A stretch of 26,518 nt of DNA from Anaerolineales bacterium. Its GTDB lineage: Bacteria > Chloroflexota > Anaerolineae > Anaerolineales > Villigracilaceae. Of this stretch, positions 24,214 through 26,518 are shown piece by piece. The notes beneath the pieces are model-generated. The model worked only from the letters and a program-made list of their open reading frames with translations. It was not told the DNA's origin and made no database searches. The stretch's first letter is position 1. Every line of letters starts with the position of its first letter. The position numbers and the translations under genes are program-made. Where the stretch lies: positions 1 to 26,518 of the forward strand of contig DASXQN010000005.1 in NCBI GenBank assembly GCA_036507155.1, in the 5' to 3' direction.

Positions 24214-24546
24214 TTAGTCCAGGACCGAAGCAGGGATCTTCCCGCCGTTTTCAGCGATCTTCTTGAACAGGGCTTTTCGCAGGGACTCGTTCTTCTCGGG
24301 GCTGCCGCTCTTGAAGCTGGGGTCAACACCCAGCTCTGTGGCCAGCGCGTCCCGATTTTCCCGGCTGCTGTCCGCGCCGATCAGCTTCAAAAAGTCAACC
24401 ACAGACGTTTTCCATTCGAGGCCCGTGCCCTTCGCCATCTTATCGAGTTCGGCGGTAAGGTCGACATCGGATAAGGTGTGGGCGCCGGGCACCACACTTT
24501 TGATCTTGCCCATGATCTTGTTGAAGATATCGGTAAATATGCTCAT
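24214..24546 (-). CDS. DUF3597 family protein
   Basis: LEWKTSVVDFLKLIGADSSRENRDALATELG...KIAENGGKIPASVLD; AAGGAG RBS. Confidence 0.85.
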   Translation of the reverse strand: MSIFTDIFNKIMGKIKSVVPGAHTLSDVDLTAELDKMAKGTGLEWKTSVVDFLKLIGADSSRENRDALATELGVDPSFKSGSPEKNESLRKALFKKIAENGGKIPASVLD

Positions 24547-24616
24547 GTTACGCTCCTTTTAGGGTTTTTCGGCTCTAATATTGTTTAACGATAAACTCTC
24601 GATGATAATACGACAA

Positions 24617-24651
24617 ACCCTCCCCGGGTGCATCCATTGACCGGGGAGGGT
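24617..24651. other. GC-rich 11-bp hairpin
   Basis: ACCCTCCCCGG-13 nt-CCGGGGAGGGT. Confidence 0.55.
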
Positions 24652-24821
24652 CCTACTCCGCCACTTGGGGGAGACCGTCGCATGAGCGCTGGCGATCCCC
24701 CTCGCCCGTCCTGGCCGCTGTGCTGGGCGGCTCTCTGCTGCGTACAGGTAATTGGGGCCAACCGTGCATGAGTATCAGTTCTTGGTTCTGGCGAAGCATT
24801 CCTTAATTGACCGCGCCCCTC

Positions 24822-24827
24822 TATAAT
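24822..24827 (+). promoter_or_regulatory. -10 element, probably leaderless mRNA
   Basis: TATAAT 8 nt before ATG 24836; no SD sequence. Confidence 0.5.
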
Positions 24828-24835
24828 CGATCCGC

Positions 24836-26080
24836 ATGCTATCCATCGACATCCAAATCGCTCGACGCTTCATCCTCGGCAAGCAGGGCTTGTGGCCCGG
24901 CAGGCGTTGGCGCGGCATCAAGGGCACAGAGCAGGCCATGCGCGCGATGGAGTACTTGCAACTGGATCCGCTGCAAATTATCGCTCGCAGCCAGGACATC
25001 ATGCTGCACAGCCGCGTGCTCGATTACAAGCCTGACATGTGGGAGAACGTGACTTACAAGAAGCGCAAGTTCTTCGACTGGGGCGGATGGCTGGCCGCCC
25101 GGCCCATGGACGAGCTGCCGCATTGGCGCGTGGTCATGCGGCGCGAGCGAGACAGCGGCGCGCGAATTCGCGACATGGCCCGCGACCACGCGGATGCGAT
25201 CGTGGAATTGCGGGCAATTTTGCGCGAGCGTGGCACCGTGAGCAACCGCGACTTCGCCATGGCGAAGCGCACACGGACCCAAAGTTATCGCGGTCGCAAA
25301 GACAGCGCGCTGGCACTGTATTACTTATGGCGCACCGGCGAAGTAATGACTCACCACCGCGAGAACTTCGAGCGCGTGTACGCACTCACTGAAACGGTTG
25401 CGCCGGCGTCGCTTATTTATGAAAGTGACGAGGCCGAGGCCGACCGCTTCCTGATCAAGAAGGAAGTCGGCTTCTCCGGCCTGGTGCGCCTCCACCGCAC
25501 GGGCGACACGTTTCTGCCCAACGACGCACTTCACCAGATGAAAGTGACCCGCGAAACCCTGTTGGCGGACGGCGAACTGATCGAGGTACAGGTGGAGGGT
25601 TGGAAAGCGATGCAGGTCGCACTTGCCAGTGACGCAAAGCTGCTGCGCGATCTAAGCGCGGGGCGTATCCCGAAAGCGTGGACGCCGCTGGAGACGACCA
25701 CGACTGACGAAGTCGTTTTTCTCGCGCCGCTTGATCAAGTGAGCGCACGCGGGCGGGCCAAACTTTTGTTCGGATTCGACTACATTTGGGAAGTATACAA
25801 ACCCGCGCACCTGCGCAAATTCGGCTACTACACCTTGCCGATCTTGTGGGGCGACCGGCTGGTCGCGCGTTTCGACAGCAAACTCGACCGGGCGACCAAC
25901 ACGTTTGTCATCCTGGGCTTGTGGTTGGAGCACAAGGCCCTCGGGAAGGATGAGGCATTTGCTGAAGCAATGGCTCGCGGCTTCGCGCGCTTCGTCACGT
26001 TTCTTGGCGCGCGCAAGTTGTCTGCGAAGGCGATTCGCGAGCCGCTGCTGCGCCGAGCCGCAAGTTCCTGCATCCCTTAG
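24836..26080 (+). CDS. YcaQ/AlkZ-family (HTH_42) crosslink-repair DNA glycosylase
   Basis: LQLDPLQIIARSQD (QxD catalytic motif), FLAPLDQV, FGFDYIWEVYKP, FGYYTLPILWGDRLVARFD. Confidence 0.9.
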   Translation: MLSIDIQIARRFILGKQGLWPGRRWRGIKGTEQAMRAMEYLQLDPLQIIARSQDIMLHSRVLDYKPDMWENVTYKKRKFFDWGGWLAARPMDELPHWRVVMRRERDSGARIRDMARDHADAIVELRAILRERGTVSNRDFAMAKRTRTQSYRGRKDSALALYYLWRTGEVMTHHRENFERVYALTETVAPASLIYESDEAEADRFLIKKEVGFSGLVRLHRTGDTFLPNDALHQMKVTRETLLADGELIEVQVEGWKAMQVALASDAKLLRDLSAGRIPKAWTPLETTTTDEVVFLAPLDQVSARGRAKLLFGFDYIWEVYKPAHLRKFGYYTLPILWGDRLVARFDSKLDRATNTFVILGLWLEHKALGKDEAFAEAMARGFARFVTFLGARKLSAKAIREPLLRRAASSCIP

Positions 26081-26102
26081 AGAGTATTTTGATATTCGTT
26101 AT

Positions 26103-26212
26103 TAACCACAGATACCCTTGCGGGCACACGTGAACGCAGATAAACGGGATTTTTGGGGCGGCATGAGCAGGATTTTCATCAAACCATCAGTGTTTATCCG
26201 TGTTTATCTGCC
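26103..26212. repeat. TTAAC-type REP-like palindrome (CACAGAT type) carrying the 18-bp insert
   Basis: taaccacagat[acccttgcgggcacacgt]gaacgcagataaacgg ... atcagtgtttatccgtgtttatctgc. Confidence 0.75.
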
Positions 26213-26401
26213 GTCTCGCATGATTTGCTTAGCAAATCACGTGCCGCCGCTGTTCGCGGCACGAACGGTGTGGTGAATTTTGGCTTAAAAAACACTCTCT
26301 TAGGCTTGCGCGCTTCGGATCAGGCATTGCCTGGTTTCAGCTTGAATTGGACGGTTGGCGAAGGTATTGGCAACTTGCGTCGCGGCGCCCTGGTTCGAGC
26401 A

Positions 26402-26518
26402 CTATGAGATAACGTGCACACGCCCATATATCTCGTCAATTTTCTTCATCTGTTCGTTACTCAACAAGCCGAGTTCCATCGCCTGAATGTTTTCCTTCAC
26501 CTGGACAACAGTTTTGAA
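26402..26518 (-). CDS. Aldo/keto reductase, C-terminal fragment
   Basis: Hand translation FKTVVQVKENIQAMELGLLSNEQMKKIDEIYGRVHVIS*, resembling AKR C-termini (K...QV.EN..A...L). Confidence 0.65.
   Translation of the reverse strand, partial: FKTVVQVKENIQAMELGLLSNEQMKKIDEIYGRVHVIS

Noticed and set aside
26124-26136. parS site (CACGTGAA)
   Set aside because: Only a partial match to TGTTTCACGTGAAACA, created by the repeat insert junction
26153-26407. 84-aa plus-strand ORF
   Set aside because: Starts inside repeat F, crosses hairpins, overlaps the convergent stop and has no recognisable motif

Overview
A GC-rich bacterial chromosomal segment. Gene content (SpoVS, a lamin-tail surface protein, GT-C transferases, SH3/C39 wall proteins, lipoprotein MsrP) suggests Chloroflexota, probably Anaerolineae; this assignment is inference. 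Left part: an OmpR-family two-component pair followed by an extracytoplasmic redox cluster (redoxin, msrPQ, DsbA-like). Middle: two deoxynucleoside kinase genes (dck-like and dgk-like) converge on a region holding a lamin-tail protein, spoVS, a four-helix-bundle gene and a nucleotidyltransferase-fold gene. The spoVS/four-helix intergenic region (about 9975-10430) has the architecture of a chromosomal replication origin (six DnaA boxes, with two tandem boxes followed by GGCC and DnaA-trios next to AT-rich DNA), yet no dnaA, dnaN or rpmH gene is in the window. Right part: a cell-envelope glycosylation cluster with an internally deleted mannosyltransferase, SH3 proteins, a divergent amidohydrolase/LLM oxidoreductase pair, DUF3597, a YcaQ-like glycosylase and the end of an aldo/keto reductase. 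Many intergenic gaps carry nested REP-like palindromes, including a precise 18-bp insert seen in both filled and empty sites and in two unrelated repeat families. No CRISPR array, rRNA, tRNA or transposase was recognised. All assignments are by eye, without database searches.
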